Shown piece after piece: positions 51,298-62,201 of a stretch of 64,000 nt of DNA. Positions within the stretch are counted from its first letter, which is position 1; each line of letters begins with the position of its first letter. This stretch comes from an uncultured Acidobacteriaceae bacterium (GTDB lineage: Bacteria > Acidobacteriota > Terriglobia > Terriglobales > Acidobacteriaceae), in assembly GCA_963847155.1 (NCBI GenBank), contig CAWJZH010000044.1, positions 377,305-441,304 of the forward strand, in the 5' to 3' direction. Made by a program: the position numbers and the translations under genes. The notes below the pieces were generated by a model. That model searched no databases and was not told where the DNA came from. It saw nothing but the letters and a program-made list of their open reading frames with translations.

Positions 51298-53130
51298 TTA
51301 AGTTTCTTTTCCATTCTTCGCCGTCGCACGCGTCGCCGACGATGTGCGCGACGGCGTTTTGCGCTTGGTTGCCGCACTCACTTTATGCTTGGCGCTCGAT
51401 CTGCTGCTGCGCGTCACGCGCGCCGGCTCCGCCACATACAGCCGGCGGCCCGGTTCCAGATGGGCCGCGCTCAGGTGATTCCAGCGCCGAAGCTGTTGCA
51501 CCGTGATGTTGAAGCGATCGGCCACCGTCACCAGTGTGTCACCGTGCTCGACCTTGTAAAGCGTGAGCCGGCCTCTGCTCGAGGGGGCAGGGGGCACCGG
51601 AATGATTAGCGAGTCAGTTGAGGAAAGATCTTCGCCGGCGTCCAATTGGTTAACAAAGGCAATCTCCGAAGGATTGACGTGGTAATCGCGAGCCACTGTT
51701 ACCAGCGTATCCCCGGAAACCACCTTGTGAAATCGCCATTGATTGCGCTTGTCCGCGGGAATTTCGGCAATGCGTTTCTGATACAGATCTTTACTGCCGA
51801 CAGGCAGATGCAGTTCGAACGGAGCCTCGCCAGGTGTGCTCATCCTCAGAAGACTGGGATTGAGATCGGCGATCTCCTGCACCGGGGCCTCGACCAGGTC
51901 CGAAACCAGGCGCAGGTCGACACTGTAGTCAACCGTGACCGTGTCGGTAACCAGCGGCGGGTCGGGTGTGAGCGACTGCAGCCCATACTGCTGTGGGTTC
52001 TTGGCCATGATCGCGGCGGCGATGATGATGGGGACGTAATTCTTGGTCTCCTGGGGGAGCGCATTGCGGCGATAGAGCTCCCAGAAGTCGGCATAGCCGG
52101 TCCGCACCACAGCCTTCTGTACATTGCCTGGACCCCAATCGTACGCTGCCATGGCCAGGTACCAATCGCCCAATTGGGAGTACAGCAGCTTCATGTAGCG
52201 GGCATAGGCATGGGTCGATTTTTCCGGATCGAAGCGCTCGTCGTACCAACCATTACGGTTGAGACCATACACGCCGTAAGGCATGAACTGCCACATGCCC
52301 CCTGCTCCCGAACGATTCACTGCCTGCGGCTGAAAACCGGATTCCGCCACCGCCTGGTAAATCAAATCCTGGGGAACTTTCTCCTCCGCCAACACCGCCG
52401 AAATCATGGCTTGATAACGACCCGCGCGCTCCAATGAACGCATCAGGGTGCCCCGCCCCCTGGAAGAAAAATAACTGATAAAACCGGCCACAGGATCGTT
52501 GATCACCAGCGGCAGATCGGACTGCGTGGTCTTGAGTTCGGCGATTGCCTGAGCCTTGACCGTCGGGTCGACGGGGAAAGTTACATCGTTGGCAATATCG
52601 ACCGGAGCGGGTTCAATCTTGGGGGCAAACCCGTTCCCTTGCTTGAGCGCCTCCATCTCCAGCGTGTTCACCGCGTCGATCACGCGGTCGAATTCATCGT
52701 GTAGTTGGGCTTCTTTGCGCAGATCGAAATCGCTGCTCAGCATCAGGTCTACGGCGCGATCGAAGTCGGCCTTCGCGGCTTGCAGTTTGCCCGCGTGGTA
52801 ATTCGCCACTCCACTCTGGTAAGCCACCTCGACTGCATCGATCACTACCTGGATCTGGGGGCTGGCAGGGGCGGCGGAGGGTGTTGCCTGTGCATTCGCC
52901 GGGGCGGCGGCAGGGGCGGAGGGCTTAAGGGTTGGAGCCGTGGCCTGGGGTGATTTCGCCGTCGCTTTGGCTGTACCGGCCTCCGGCACACATCCGGTAA
53001 GCAGCAGAGGAGCCGCGGCAAGCGCCAGCAGGAAATTTCTGGGAGCGATAACCAATCCTCCGCTATTCAATCCCTTGGTTGAGTCCAGGCCACAATTTAC
53101 TTCTGTGGTCTGCCCGATCGTCGTCGTCAC
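51298..53130 (-). CDS. membrane-bound lytic murein transglycosylase (MltD-like; SLT domain + 2 LysM), lipoprotein
   Basis: Lipobox 'LLLTGC'. SLT motif 'AESGFQPQAVNRSGAGGMWQFMP'. LysM repeats 'HKVVSGDTLVTVARDYHV' and 'YKVEHGDTLVTVADRFNI'. Basic C-terminal tail. Confidence 0.88.
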   Translation of the reverse strand: MTTTIGQTTEVNCGLDSTKGLNSGGLVIAPRNFLLALAAAPLLLTGCVPEAGTAKATAKSPQATAPTLKPSAPAAAPANAQATPSAAPASPQIQVVIDAVEVAYQSGVANYHAGKLQAAKADFDRAVDLMLSSDFDLRKEAQLHDEFDRVIDAVNTLEMEALKQGNGFAPKIEPAPVDIANDVTFPVDPTVKAQAIAELKTTQSDLPLVINDPVAGFISYFSSRGRGTLMRSLERAGRYQAMISAVLAEEKVPQDLIYQAVAESGFQPQAVNRSGAGGMWQFMPYGVYGLNRNGWYDERFDPEKSTHAYARYMKLLYSQLGDWYLAMAAYDWGPGNVQKAVVRTGYADFWELYRRNALPQETKNYVPIIIAAAIMAKNPQQYGLQSLTPDPPLVTDTVTVDYSVDLRLVSDLVEAPVQEIADLNPSLLRMSTPGEAPFELHLPVGSKDLYQKRIAEIPADKRNQWRFHKVVSGDTLVTVARDYHVNPSEIAFVNQLDAGEDLSSTDSLIIPVPPAPSSRGRLTLYKVEHGDTLVTVADRFNITVQQLRRWNHLSAAHLEPGRRLYVAEPARVTRSSRSSAKHKVSAATKRKTPSRTSSATRATAKNGKET

Positions 53131-53305
53131 CGGACCGCATTCCGCCGTGCGGGAGAGGCAAAGACCCTCGATTCACTCCCCTGCTGGCGCCATGTCGTTG
53201 TCATGATTGTATTGCCCGGACCCCTGCGGTGTGAATGATAAGATCGGGGGAGAGACCTTCCTCTCATTTACCAACTGAATTGCCCGCCGATCGGCACCCC
53301 TTTTC

Positions 53306-55117
53306 ATGGACAGCAAGCACATCCGCAATTTCGCCATCATTGCCCATATCGACCACGGCAAATCCACGCTTTCCGACCGGCTGCTCGAACTGACCGGCTC
53401 GCTGACCGCGCGTGAAATGCAGGCCCAGGTGCTGGACGCAATGGATCTGGAACGGGAGCGCGGTATCACCATCAAGGCCCATGCCGTGCGCATGAACTAC
53501 CTCGCTAAAGATGGTGAAATGTATCAGTTGAATCTTCTCGACACGCCCGGCCACGTCGACTTCTCCTACGAGGTTTCGCGTTCCCTGGCCTGCTGTGAGG
53601 GAGCTCTTTTGGTCGTGGACGCTTCCCAGGGGGTCGAGGCACAGACTCTCGCCAATGCCTACCTCGCGATCAATAACGGCCTGGACATGATCCCGGTCAT
53701 CAATAAGATCGATCTCCCCAGCGCGGATGTTTTGCGCACCCAGGAAATGATCGAGTCTACCGTCGGGCTGGATGCCACCGATGCCCTGCCGGTCAGTGCC
53801 AAAACGGGCCTCGGCGTTCCCGATGTGTTGGAGGCCGTCGTGCGCCGCCTGCCGCCGCCCGCTGGGGATGCGGAAGCCCCCCTGCAGGCCCTCATCTTCG
53901 ATTGCCACTTCGATCCTTATCGCGGCGTGATTGTGTTGGCTCGTGTGATCAATGGAATTCTAAGCAAGGGCATGAAGATCCGGCTTATGTCGAATGGCCG
54001 GGTATTCGATGTGGAGGCCGTGGGCGTACTTACGCCGAAGCCGGTGGAGATCGAACAGCTGTCTGCCGGGGAAGTGGGCTTTTTTTCCGCCACCATCAAG
54101 AATGTCGCCGACACCAAGATCGGTGACACCGTTACCGACGATGCGCGCCCCGCGGCAGAGCCCCTGCCCGGCTTCAAAGACATCCAGTCCATGGTCTTTG
54201 CCGGGCTTTACACCGTGGACTCGCATGAGCACACGCTGCTGCGGGACGCGCTCGAGAAGCTGCGTCTCAACGACTCTTCATTTTTCTTTGAGCCCGAGAG
54301 CTCAGTCGCCCTCGGTTTCGGATTCCGCTGTGGCTTCCTCGGCCTGCTGCATATGGAGATTATTCAGGAGCGCCTGGAGCGCGAGTTTAACCTCGACCTC
54401 ATCACCACTGCTCCGGGAGTGCGCTACAAAATTACCCTTACAGACGGATCCGTGATCGAAGTCGAGAATCCTTCCCGGTGGCCCGACCCAAGCGATATCG
54501 CGAAGATCGAGGAGCCAGTCATCAACGCCACCATCCTCACCAGTGAAGAGTACGTGGGCGGCATTCTTAAACTGGTGGAAGAGAAACGGGGCCGGCAGAA
54601 AAACTTCGAATATGTAACTCCCACGCGCGTGATGCTGACCTATGAGCTGCCGCTCAACGAAATCGTATTGGATTTCTACGACCGTCTGAAGTCGGTATCG
54701 CGCGGCTATGCATCTCTCGATTACCAGCTTGCCGGCATGTGGGAATCTCCCATGGTGAAGCTGGACATTCTGGTCTCCGGCGAACCCGTCGACGCGCTTT
54801 CCATCATTGTGCACAAGGATTTTGCCTACGACCGCGGACGCGCACTGGTTTCCAAGATGCGCGAGCTCATTCCGAGGCAAATGTTCGAGGTCGCCATTCA
54901 GGCGGCCATCGGCGCCAAAATCGTCTCCCGCGAAACCGTTGCCCCCTTGCGCAAGAACGTAATCGCCAAGTGCTACGGGGGAGACATCAGCCGTAAACGC
55001 AAACTTTTGGAGAAGCAAAAAGAAGGTAAAAAGCGGATGAAGCGCATTGGTAAAGTTGACATTCCGCAGGAGGCGTTTCTGGCCGTCTTAAAAGTAGGTG
55101 AGGATTCAAGCAAATAA
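53306..55117 (+). CDS. lepA: elongation factor 4
   Basis: 603 aa. '[17 protein letters not shown]', '[12 protein letters not shown]', 'NKIDL', C-terminal LepA-specific domain. Confidence 0.97.
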   Translation: MDSKHIRNFAIIAHIDHGKSTLSDRLLELTGSLTAREMQAQVLDAMDLERERGITIKAHAVRMNYLAKDGEMYQLNLLDTPGHVDFSYEVSRSLACCEGALLVVDASQGVEAQTLANAYLAINNGLDMIPVINKIDLPSADVLRTQEMIESTVGLDATDALPVSAKTGLGVPDVLEAVVRRLPPPAGDAEAPLQALIFDCHFDPYRGVIVLARVINGILSKGMKIRLMSNGRVFDVEAVGVLTPKPVEIEQLSAGEVGFFSATIKNVADTKIGDTVTDDARPAAEPLPGFKDIQSMVFAGLYTVDSHEHTLLRDALEKLRLNDSSFFFEPESSVALGFGFRCGFLGLLHMEIIQERLEREFNLDLITTAPGVRYKITLTDGSVIEVENPSRWPDPSDIAKIEEPVINATILTSEEYVGGILKLVEEKRGRQKNFEYVTPTRVMLTYELPLNEIVLDFYDRLKSVSRGYASLDYQLAGMWESPMVKLDILVSGEPVDALSIIVHKDFAYDRGRALVSKMRELIPRQMFEVAIQAAIGAKIVSRETVAPLRKNVIAKCYGGDISRKRKLLEKQKEGKKRMKRIGKVDIPQEAFLAVLKVGEDSSK

Positions 55118-55466
55118 AACGATTGCTAGTTACCTTAGTCACGCTTAATCCGGTTTTGTGGAAAGCCGCGAATCGCGCTCATTGCAAAGACAGGTGGCCG
55201 CAAATAGCGCAATTCTCTGTCCGTGCGCCATAAACACATCATTCCAAAAGGCTTAAGGATCCATGGCCAGCATCCTAAGGTCACGCGTCCGAAAACTGTC
55301 GGCGCTCGCCAAAAACGGACACTCCGCTTTCCACAGTTTTTTCCACAGCACGGCGGGAACCTCGCCGCAGCAATTTTTGCTCTCCGCAACACCAAGAATG
55401 AGAGTTTTTTACCGCATCTCAATGTGTGCTATGAGGCGGCTTTTAGAGCTGGCGCGGAGATTTCTC

Positions 55467-55725
55467 CGTACCAAGGGGCACGGCCTCAAGCGTGCCATAC
55501 AAGATTCGATCCCATACAAAATTCGAATAGATGACGGCTTTAGAGGCTGCTTGAGAACTGACTCTTTTGAAGGGTGCGGGCTTCAGCCCGTACATTAACT
55601 ATCCAAACCTAGACGGGCTTTAGCCCCTGAGGGCAGGTCTTTCGCTTGTTTAGGCAGCCCGCAGCGGCTGAAGCCGGTCCATCTTGAAGTTAAATGGACG
55701 GCCTAAAGGCCGTCCCCTTCAAAGA
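55467..55725. repeat. cluster of at least 5 REP-like GC hairpins including copy B (55534-55639) of the ~110-nt dispersed repeat
   Basis: Hairpins: ggcacgGCCTCAAGcgtgcc (55477-96), gcgggcTTCAgcccg(t)ac (55576-93), gggcTTTAgccc (about 55615-26), cggcTGAAgccg (about 55666-77), ggacggccTAAAggccgtcc (55696-715). Confidence 0.75.
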
Positions 55726-55796
55726 GTGAGTTGTCACGCAGTCCGTGTTAACCCGGGCGGAAAAGAGTCTGCCCGGGCTAACACAGTAGGAACGTT

Positions 55797-56513
55797 CTAC
55801 TGCGGCGGTTTGGTCGTGCTGGGCCGTGGGGTTGTCGACCGGGGAGCGCTCGGCGTGCTCGGCCGCGGTGCCGGGGGGGCGGCGGCGGCTGGTTGTGCAG
55901 GAACGCCGGACTTGACGTTGTAGGCGTCTACCACCGCTTTGGTAATGTCGGACCCTTGATTAGCCCACAATACGGGTGTCTGCTGCGCACTGGTGTCGAG
56001 CACGATGGTGAACTTGTTCTGGTTCGAATAAGCGTCTAGTACCGCGTATACCTTCTGTGCCAGCTGCTGATACATGTCGTTCATCGCAGTACTCGCCTCG
56101 TTTTGCGCATCTTCCGCTGAGCGCTGCAGAGACTTTGTCTTCTCGTCGATGGTCCTGAGGCGGCTGTCGCGCTCCGGCTCACTCAAAGTGGATCCGGCAT
56201 CCTGCAACTGCTTCTTCAGCGAATCGATTTCATCGCTTTGAGACTTGAGCGCAGCCTGCTTGGGCTCGAACTTCACCCGCAGTTGCGCAAAGTTACGCTG
56301 TCCTTCATTGGTTGCCGCCACCGCTTGCTGGAAGGCGATAATCGCTATCTTGGGGTTGGCGGGAAACTCCGGGGCGGCGGAAAGACCGGCCGCTGACTGT
56401 GCTGCGGGCGCAGGGGCGGAAGGTGTCTGGGCGAATGCTATGCCGCTCGACGCGACGGAACCCACACCCGCGGCGGACGCGAGCAGGCATACTAGTGTCA
56501 ACGAACGCTTCAT
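55797..56513 (-). CDS. skp: OmpH/Skp periplasmic chaperone
   Basis: ATG at 56513 gives the signal peptide 'MKRSLTLVCLLASAAGVGSVA'. Coiled-coil 'KFEPKQAALKSQSDEIDSLKKQLQ'. Pro-rich tail. Immediately downstream of bamA. Confidence 0.85.
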   Translation of the reverse strand: MKRSLTLVCLLASAAGVGSVASSGIAFAQTPSAPAPAAQSAAGLSAAPEFPANPKIAIIAFQQAVAATNEGQRNFAQLRVKFEPKQAALKSQSDEIDSLKKQLQDAGSTLSEPERDSRLRTIDEKTKSLQRSAEDAQNEASTAMNDMYQQLAQKVYAVLDAYSNQNKFTIVLDTSAQQTPVLWANQGSDITKAVVDAYNVKSGVPAQPAAAAPPAPRPSTPSAPRSTTPRPSTTKPPQ

Positions 56514-56742
56514 CGGAATACAAAACTCCTTTTGATCTTTTGAATCCAGATCGCCCGCGTCTTTCAGCGGAAAGCGGGCCTTCGCTTGCGGGTCTCCCGC
56601 AGGCGCATTTGCATAGCAGTCACCTGGCCAGCGCATCTGGCAGCAAATGCGAAGAAGAGACACGGACCGAGATAATCACAGGGCCAGCAGTGATTATAGG
56701 TGCGGGTTGATAGAGCGTCAACGCACCTTGCACAGACGTTTC

Positions 56743-59589
56743 CTAGAAAGTTGTGCTGACGCTCAGACGGAAGGTCTTTCTCGGCTCGCGGAAATGCAGC
56801 AGGGAATCGTAAGCCGAGATGGCGTTTTGATAGGTGTAGTCTCCTGCGCCGCCCGCCGGGAACATGCTGCGCGTGATCAGGCTTTCCCCTTGAACATCTT
56901 CAAACAGCCGCAGGATGTTGTACGCGTAGTAGAGGCGGAACGGCGCATTCACGATCGGCAACATGGCCGAGATTTCGCCGCCGACCGAGGTGCGCGGTAC
57001 AAAATTAGTGCCATGGATGGGCCGGATCTGGTTATTGAATTTGATGGATTGTCCGCCCTGGCAAGCGCCATTGAAATACCCTGTGCAGCCATAGAGCGGT
57101 GAATTCAGCTGGTCCGCGCCTTGCACGCTTTGCCGTAGCTGCGATCTCCGCACCGCCGAATTGATATCGAAATCGTCGAAGATGGCGAACTGGACCGGTC
57201 CGGCAATCGGAATTCGATACTCGATGGATGAAGTCAGTTTGGCGTCGCCACCGACGGAGACCGGACGGTAGATGGGGATCGGGATGGTGATGTTACCCAA
57301 CGTATAGTTCCCCGGCTGAATGGGAACGGGCGTGCCATCGGGATTGGTAAGCGTGATGTTTGCCCGCACCGGAATAAATGCGTACGGTGTCGCTGCACGG
57401 ACATCAAAGCCGCGCAGTTCGTTATCCCCGCCGGAATAGAAACGGGAGAACGGCGGAGCCACATCTCCGCTGAAGCCCTGGATGTAAGAGGCCTGAACGC
57501 GAATGCCAAGCACGTTGCGCCCATCCGGGGTAGGGTGCAGGCCCTTCATCGCAACGAAGTGTTTGTACAGCAAGACCGGCGTGAAATAGCGAACATTACC
57601 CCACAGTCCCGCGACCTGTAAGGCAGCCGAGATTTCCGTTCCGAAACGAGGCCGGTAGACGGACGGGCCAACCTTGTTGTACTGGTAGCTTAACGAAACC
57701 GAGCTGGTGTAAATGCCTTCCAGCGCATTCGGCCCCTGAATTTGCCCGCTGCGGAAAGCGAGCGTCTGGAAGAGGTTAGCCGACGCCTGGCTGAATGTCG
57801 TGATGGTCGACTTGTCCCAGCTATAGGTCAAGCCAACTCGCTTGAACGAGTGCTTCAGTGGATAGCTGAGCGAGAAATTCAACCCCGTCGACGACTGATT
57901 GTAATTCTGCGTAAGCGATTGCTGGGCCGCCGTCAGGGCCGAGGATTGGCCACTGACACTGGCGTAGTTGCGGGCTGAATTGTAGTCCGACTTTCTGGAG
58001 AAAACCTGAAAGCCGAGACTGGCCGACTTGTTCCGCAGATAGGGCTCGGTGAACGCAAACAGGACATTCCGCGACAGGTTGCCAACGTTGCCCTGCAGGC
58101 TCAGCGTTTCGCCCAGGCCCAGGAAATTATTGGTGGAGTAGTTCAGGCCAAGGAACGTGCCGGAAAGACCACTCACGCCGCCATTCAGGCCGATCGAGTT
58201 CTTGCCTTTTTCGTGTACCTTGAGCAGCAGCGAGACCGTGCCGTTGTCCGGGTCGGTATGTTCTTCGGAATCCTGCTCGACCTTAAGCGGGTCGAAATAA
58301 TCCAACTGGTTCAGGCGAAGCAGGCTCTGCTCCCACAGGCTGCTGTTGTAAACCTGGCCTTCCTCCAGCAGCAGCTCGCGGCGGATGACGCGGTCGCGCG
58401 TGATGGTGTTGCCCTGGAACTCGATGCGCGACACGGTAAAGGGCTTGCCTTCGTCGACGTCGATGTCCAGAAAGACCTGGTGCTTGGCATCATCGATGCG
58501 CGGCGTCGGCACTGCGGTGAAGTTGATGAAGCCCAGCGAACCATAAGCCTTGCGCAGATTGTCAAGGCCCTTGCCCACGGCGGTGGCATTGAACCATTCC
58601 CCGTCTTTGGTGGGGAACTGAGCCCGCAACGCCTTAACATTCGAAATACTTTTGTTCCCGGTGAAAGTGACGCCACCAAGCTTGTAGCGCTGCCCCTCTT
58701 CGACCGGGATGCGAATATCGATACGCTTGCCCTGGCGAGGGCGGAAGGTAAAGAACGAGAGGCCGCCTTCGTTCCGGATATGGGTGATGGGATCGGCGAC
58801 CCCGGCCCGAAAATATCCGCGATCCTGCAGCGCGCGGCGAACCCGCTCGGTATCTTCCTCGAGTTTGCTGGCATCGTAGGTGCGGGCGAAGATGTTCTCT
58901 AGGAAGATCGAGTGCGGAATCCCGATCGGCCGGAGGTTTCTCATGGCCGCGCGCAGTTCGCGCGAAGGTACTGCGTGATTCCCGGTAAAGGTGATGTTCC
59001 CCACTTTGACCGTGGGGCCTTCCTTGACGATGAAGTTGATGGCGACCGAAGACGGCGGAATGGTCTTGATGTCTGGCTTTACCGTCGCAAACTGGTGGCC
59101 GTGTTCTGCCAGCAGGGCGCGGATCACATCGATCGCTCGGGCCAGGCGCGTGGGATCATAGGGACTCTCAACCGATAGGCTGACGTGTTCTTTCTTAAAG
59201 CGGTCCAGTACGTCAGAGGTTGAGACTGAGTTCAGGCCTTTGTAGTTGATCTCGCGGATCGTCGGTTTCTCTTTGACGATCACATCGAGAATGATGCCCT
59301 TGGGGGTGTCCTCCCGGGCGATTTGCAGATTCTCGAAGTATCCCGTATTCCAGAGGGAGTTGAAGTCGCGCTCGATCGTTGCCGGGTCGTAGACATCTCC
59401 CTGATGGCTGAACAGCCGTGCCAACACCGTTTCCCGGGGAATGCGCCGGTTGCCGATCACCCGGATTTGCGTGATGACGTTCTCCGGGGAGGCGGCAGCT
59501 TGAGCGGCGGCAGGTGGAGCGACACCCTGCTGTGCCCAGGCAGTCAGACTGGAACCGCAAAATAGAAGCAAGCCAACAATCCTGCACAT
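56743..59589 (-). CDS. bamA: outer membrane protein assembly factor BamA
   Basis: ATG at 59589 ('MCRIVGLLLFCGSSLTAWAQ'). Five POTRA-like units ('IRVIGNRRIPRETV', 'INYKGLNS', 'ITFTGNHAV', 'VTFTGNKSI', 'IEFQGNTITRDRVIRREL'). C-terminal Omp85 barrel ending in F. Confidence 0.93.
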   Translation of the reverse strand: MCRIVGLLLFCGSSLTAWAQQGVAPPAAAQAAASPENVITQIRVIGNRRIPRETVLARLFSHQGDVYDPATIERDFNSLWNTGYFENLQIAREDTPKGIILDVIVKEKPTIREINYKGLNSVSTSDVLDRFKKEHVSLSVESPYDPTRLARAIDVIRALLAEHGHQFATVKPDIKTIPPSSVAINFIVKEGPTVKVGNITFTGNHAVPSRELRAAMRNLRPIGIPHSIFLENIFARTYDASKLEEDTERVRRALQDRGYFRAGVADPITHIRNEGGLSFFTFRPRQGKRIDIRIPVEEGQRYKLGGVTFTGNKSISNVKALRAQFPTKDGEWFNATAVGKGLDNLRKAYGSLGFINFTAVPTPRIDDAKHQVFLDIDVDEGKPFTVSRIEFQGNTITRDRVIRRELLLEEGQVYNSSLWEQSLLRLNQLDYFDPLKVEQDSEEHTDPDNGTVSLLLKVHEKGKNSIGLNGGVSGLSGTFLGLNYSTNNFLGLGETLSLQGNVGNLSRNVLFAFTEPYLRNKSASLGFQVFSRKSDYNSARNYASVSGQSSALTAAQQSLTQNYNQSSTGLNFSLSYPLKHSFKRVGLTYSWDKSTITTFSQASANLFQTLAFRSGQIQGPNALEGIYTSSVSLSYQYNKVGPSVYRPRFGTEISAALQVAGLWGNVRYFTPVLLYKHFVAMKGLHPTPDGRNVLGIRVQASYIQGFSGDVAPPFSRFYSGGDNELRGFDVRAATPYAFIPVRANITLTNPDGTPVPIQPGNYTLGNITIPIPIYRPVSVGGDAKLTSSIEYRIPIAGPVQFAIFDDFDINSAVRRSQLRQSVQGADQLNSPLYGCTGYFNGACQGGQSIKFNNQIRPIHGTNFVPRTSVGGEISAMLPIVNAPFRLYYAYNILRLFEDVQGESLITRSMFPAGGAGDYTYQNAISAYDSLLHFREPRKTFRLSVSTTF

Positions 59590-59808
59590 CCGGAAAAAGA
59601 ACCGAGCAGGTTGGTTCTGATGAAACCGGGAGCGAAGGCTCCCTGACAAGACGCGAAGAATAGGCACACCCTCACTGCTGAAAATCGGATCCTGCTGGAG
59701 GAAAAGGCGATTATATGTGACGGAAGGGGTACTCCCCAACTCCGGGGACTGGTTCCTCACGCTGCCTACCATCCCGGAGATCCACTCAGCTGATACACCG
59801 CAACGCCA

Positions 59809-59997
59809 TTAACTCTCCAGTTCGCTACATGCAAAGTATTCGCCCACCGCGGAATCCCAGGAAACGGAGAGAAGATTCGGCTTGCAACAGATCTGGCAGT
59901 CTTCCACGTAACGCTGCCGTCCCCCGGCAGATTCGTCCACCACAATCTCATTCCACTCTCCACAGCCCGCGCACTGGAAACCCGCTGGAAACGGCAT
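59809..59997 (-). CDS. CPXCG-motif cysteine-rich small protein (zinc ribbon)
   Basis: 62 aa from ATG at 59997. 'FQCAGCGEWNEIVVDESAGGRQRYVEDCQICCKPNLL' matches the CPxCG...EDCxxCC family pattern. Confidence 0.65.
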   Translation of the reverse strand: MPFPAGFQCAGCGEWNEIVVDESAGGRQRYVEDCQICCKPNLLSVSWDSAVGEYFACSELES

Positions 59998-60023
59998 CGT
60001 CTTCTCACGTTGAGCAGGTTTCC

Positions 60024-62141
60024 TTAGTCTATCGGAGGGAACACGTTTTGCGCTTCCTCCAGGCTGAGCTTTCGAACTTCCACCAGGGTGGAATAAAATG
60101 TCGCCCCGCGGCCCAGGTCGGTCAATCGCTCCGAGGTAAGCGCGTTTACGTTGTTTCCCCCGGTCGACAGCTTGTTCCAATTGAGGCTGGCAGCGACCAC
60201 TCCGACGGGCACGCTCCCATCGATGTGTGCGCGCAGGCGTATTGTGCCGCGCGCATTGTATATCTCCACCCAATCTGCTTCGACGATCTGCCGTGCGTCG
60301 GCGTCGACCGCATGCATCATCACCAGGCCGGGTGATTCCATCTTCTGGTGGGTGGGAAGGTTGGCGAAGGTCGAATTCATATAGCTGTCGACCTTGCGGG
60401 GCAGGAATTCCAACGGAAACGTGTGCGCGTCTGCGCCTCGCCGCGACTCGTCGGGCGGGTGAAACGTCGGCAGCGGCTCCATTCCCTGCGCCGCCAGCGC
60501 ACTCGAATAAAACTCAATCTTGCCACTGGGCGTGGGAAAAACGCCATCGGCAAAGGGCAAGGAGTTTACCCGAATCCGCTTTTTGGCTTCCAGTTCCTGC
60601 CGTGTAATTTCGTCGTCCGCACGGCCCGCAAGCGCCTGCTCGATCAGATCGTCGACGCTGTCACCGAAGCAGGGCTCCTTGAACCCCGTACGCTGGGCCA
60701 GTTGGCTGAACAGCCAGACATTCGACCGCGCCTCGCCTAGCGGCGCAATGGCCTGCTCTGACATCTGCAAAAAGTAGTGACCATACGCTCCCTGAAAGTC
60801 TTTGTGCTCCAGAAAGGTCGTCGCCGGTAGCACCACATCGGCGTAGTCCGTGGTGTCCGTAAAGAACTGCTCATGGACCACCGTGAACAGGTCGCTGCGC
60901 ATGAGCCCGCGCACCACCGCGTTCTGATTGGGGGCAATCGCCGCCGGGTTTGAGTTGTAAACAAACAGCGCCTTTACCGGAGGATCATCCAGCTCGGTGA
61001 GTGCGTGGCCCAGACGCGACATGTTGACGATGCGAGCCGGGCGCCCGATCGGGCTGGCCATCATCAGGTCAGGCCGCTCAAGCGCCGTCCCGTTAAATCC
61101 AAAAGCACCGCTGAGGGAGAGTTGCAACCCGCCTCCAAGGTGTTTCCAGGATCCAATCAATGCCGGCAGCATGCACACCGCGCGAGCGGCCGCTCCGCCA
61201 TTCTGCGATCGCTGTATGCCGTAGTTCAAACGAATGACCGAAGGACTGCTACTCGCATACTCCCGCGCCAGGCGCTCAATGTCGGCGGCAGGGATGCCGG
61301 TCAAACCGGCGACATGATCCGGCGTATAGAGCTGGACATGTTGCCTCAGCTCCTCAAACCCAACCGTATGCCGGGCAACATAATCGCGGTCATAAAGACC
61401 TTCTTCGATGATGATGCGCATAAGACCAAGCGCCAAAGCAGTGTCTGTTCCCGGCTGGATGGGGATATGCCAGTCGGCGACCTGGGCAGTGCGGGTTCGG
61501 TATGGATCGATCACTACGAGTCGTGCGCCATGGCGGCGCGCTTCTTGGACGAAGGGCCACAGGTGAACGTTATTGCCATGGATATTCGCAGCCCAGGCGA
61601 TGATGTAACGGGCATGGCGGAAGTGTTCGGGGTCCGTGCCGAGCTTCTTCCCATAGACGGACACCAGCGCATCCCCGCCGGCAGTTGCGCAGATGGTGCG
61701 ATCGAGCTGTGACGCGCCCAGCCGATGAAAGAACCGGCGATCCATGGAGCCATAACCAAGCACCCCCATGGTTCCGGCATAGGAGTAGGGCAGGATGGAC
61801 TCCGGACCATGCTGCTGTGCGATCGATGTGAGACGTTCCGCGATCAGGTCGAGTGCCTCGTCCCACCCGATAGGTTCGAAGACCTCAGCCTCGCGCCCAG
61901 GCGGCATCTTCCCCTTCACCGCGCCGGGCCGGCGCCGCATCGGCTGCAAAAGCCGTGCAGGAGAATAAACCCGGTCCAGATACTTGGCCACCTTGCCACA
62001 CAAAAACCCACGCGTCACCGGATGCGACGGGTCGCCCTGGATCCGCGTTGCCTTACCTGCCTCGTCGACGCTTACAAGAACGGCGCATGAGTCCGGGCAA
62101 TCGTGCGAACAAACCGCCTGGACAGTTCTCGCTGGGGGCAT
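60024..62141 (-). CDS. molybdopterin (bis-MGD) oxidoreductase, cytoplasmic, N-terminal 4Fe-4S domain
   Basis: ATG at 62141. 'CSHDCPDSCAVLV...GFLCGK' Cys cluster. 'NSNPAAIAPNQ' and a C-terminal molybdopterin dinucleotide-binding barrel ('VMMHAVDADARQIVEADWVEIYNARGTIRLRAHI'). Confidence 0.85.
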   Translation of the reverse strand: MPPARTVQAVCSHDCPDSCAVLVSVDEAGKATRIQGDPSHPVTRGFLCGKVAKYLDRVYSPARLLQPMRRRPGAVKGKMPPGREAEVFEPIGWDEALDLIAERLTSIAQQHGPESILPYSYAGTMGVLGYGSMDRRFFHRLGASQLDRTICATAGGDALVSVYGKKLGTDPEHFRHARYIIAWAANIHGNNVHLWPFVQEARRHGARLVVIDPYRTRTAQVADWHIPIQPGTDTALALGLMRIIIEEGLYDRDYVARHTVGFEELRQHVQLYTPDHVAGLTGIPAADIERLAREYASSSPSVIRLNYGIQRSQNGGAAARAVCMLPALIGSWKHLGGGLQLSLSGAFGFNGTALERPDLMMASPIGRPARIVNMSRLGHALTELDDPPVKALFVYNSNPAAIAPNQNAVVRGLMRSDLFTVVHEQFFTDTTDYADVVLPATTFLEHKDFQGAYGHYFLQMSEQAIAPLGEARSNVWLFSQLAQRTGFKEPCFGDSVDDLIEQALAGRADDEITRQELEAKKRIRVNSLPFADGVFPTPSGKIEFYSSALAAQGMEPLPTFHPPDESRRGADAHTFPLEFLPRKVDSYMNSTFANLPTHQKMESPGLVMMHAVDADARQIVEADWVEIYNARGTIRLRAHIDGSVPVGVVAASLNWNKLSTGGNNVNALTSERLTDLGRGATFYSTLVEVRKLSLEEAQNVFPPID

Positions 62142-62201
62142 AGCCCATTGTAGTAGCAATGCCCTCCCACAGGGCTTACTGTAGCTGGACCGGAGGAACA
62201 C

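Noticed and set aside
50576-51301. 241-aa plus-strand ORF rich in F/A/L ('FFAAFFAGDFFAADFL...')
   Set aside because: It is the reverse-complement translation of the Lys/Ala repeat gene. The minus-strand gene has the SD, ATG and terminator.
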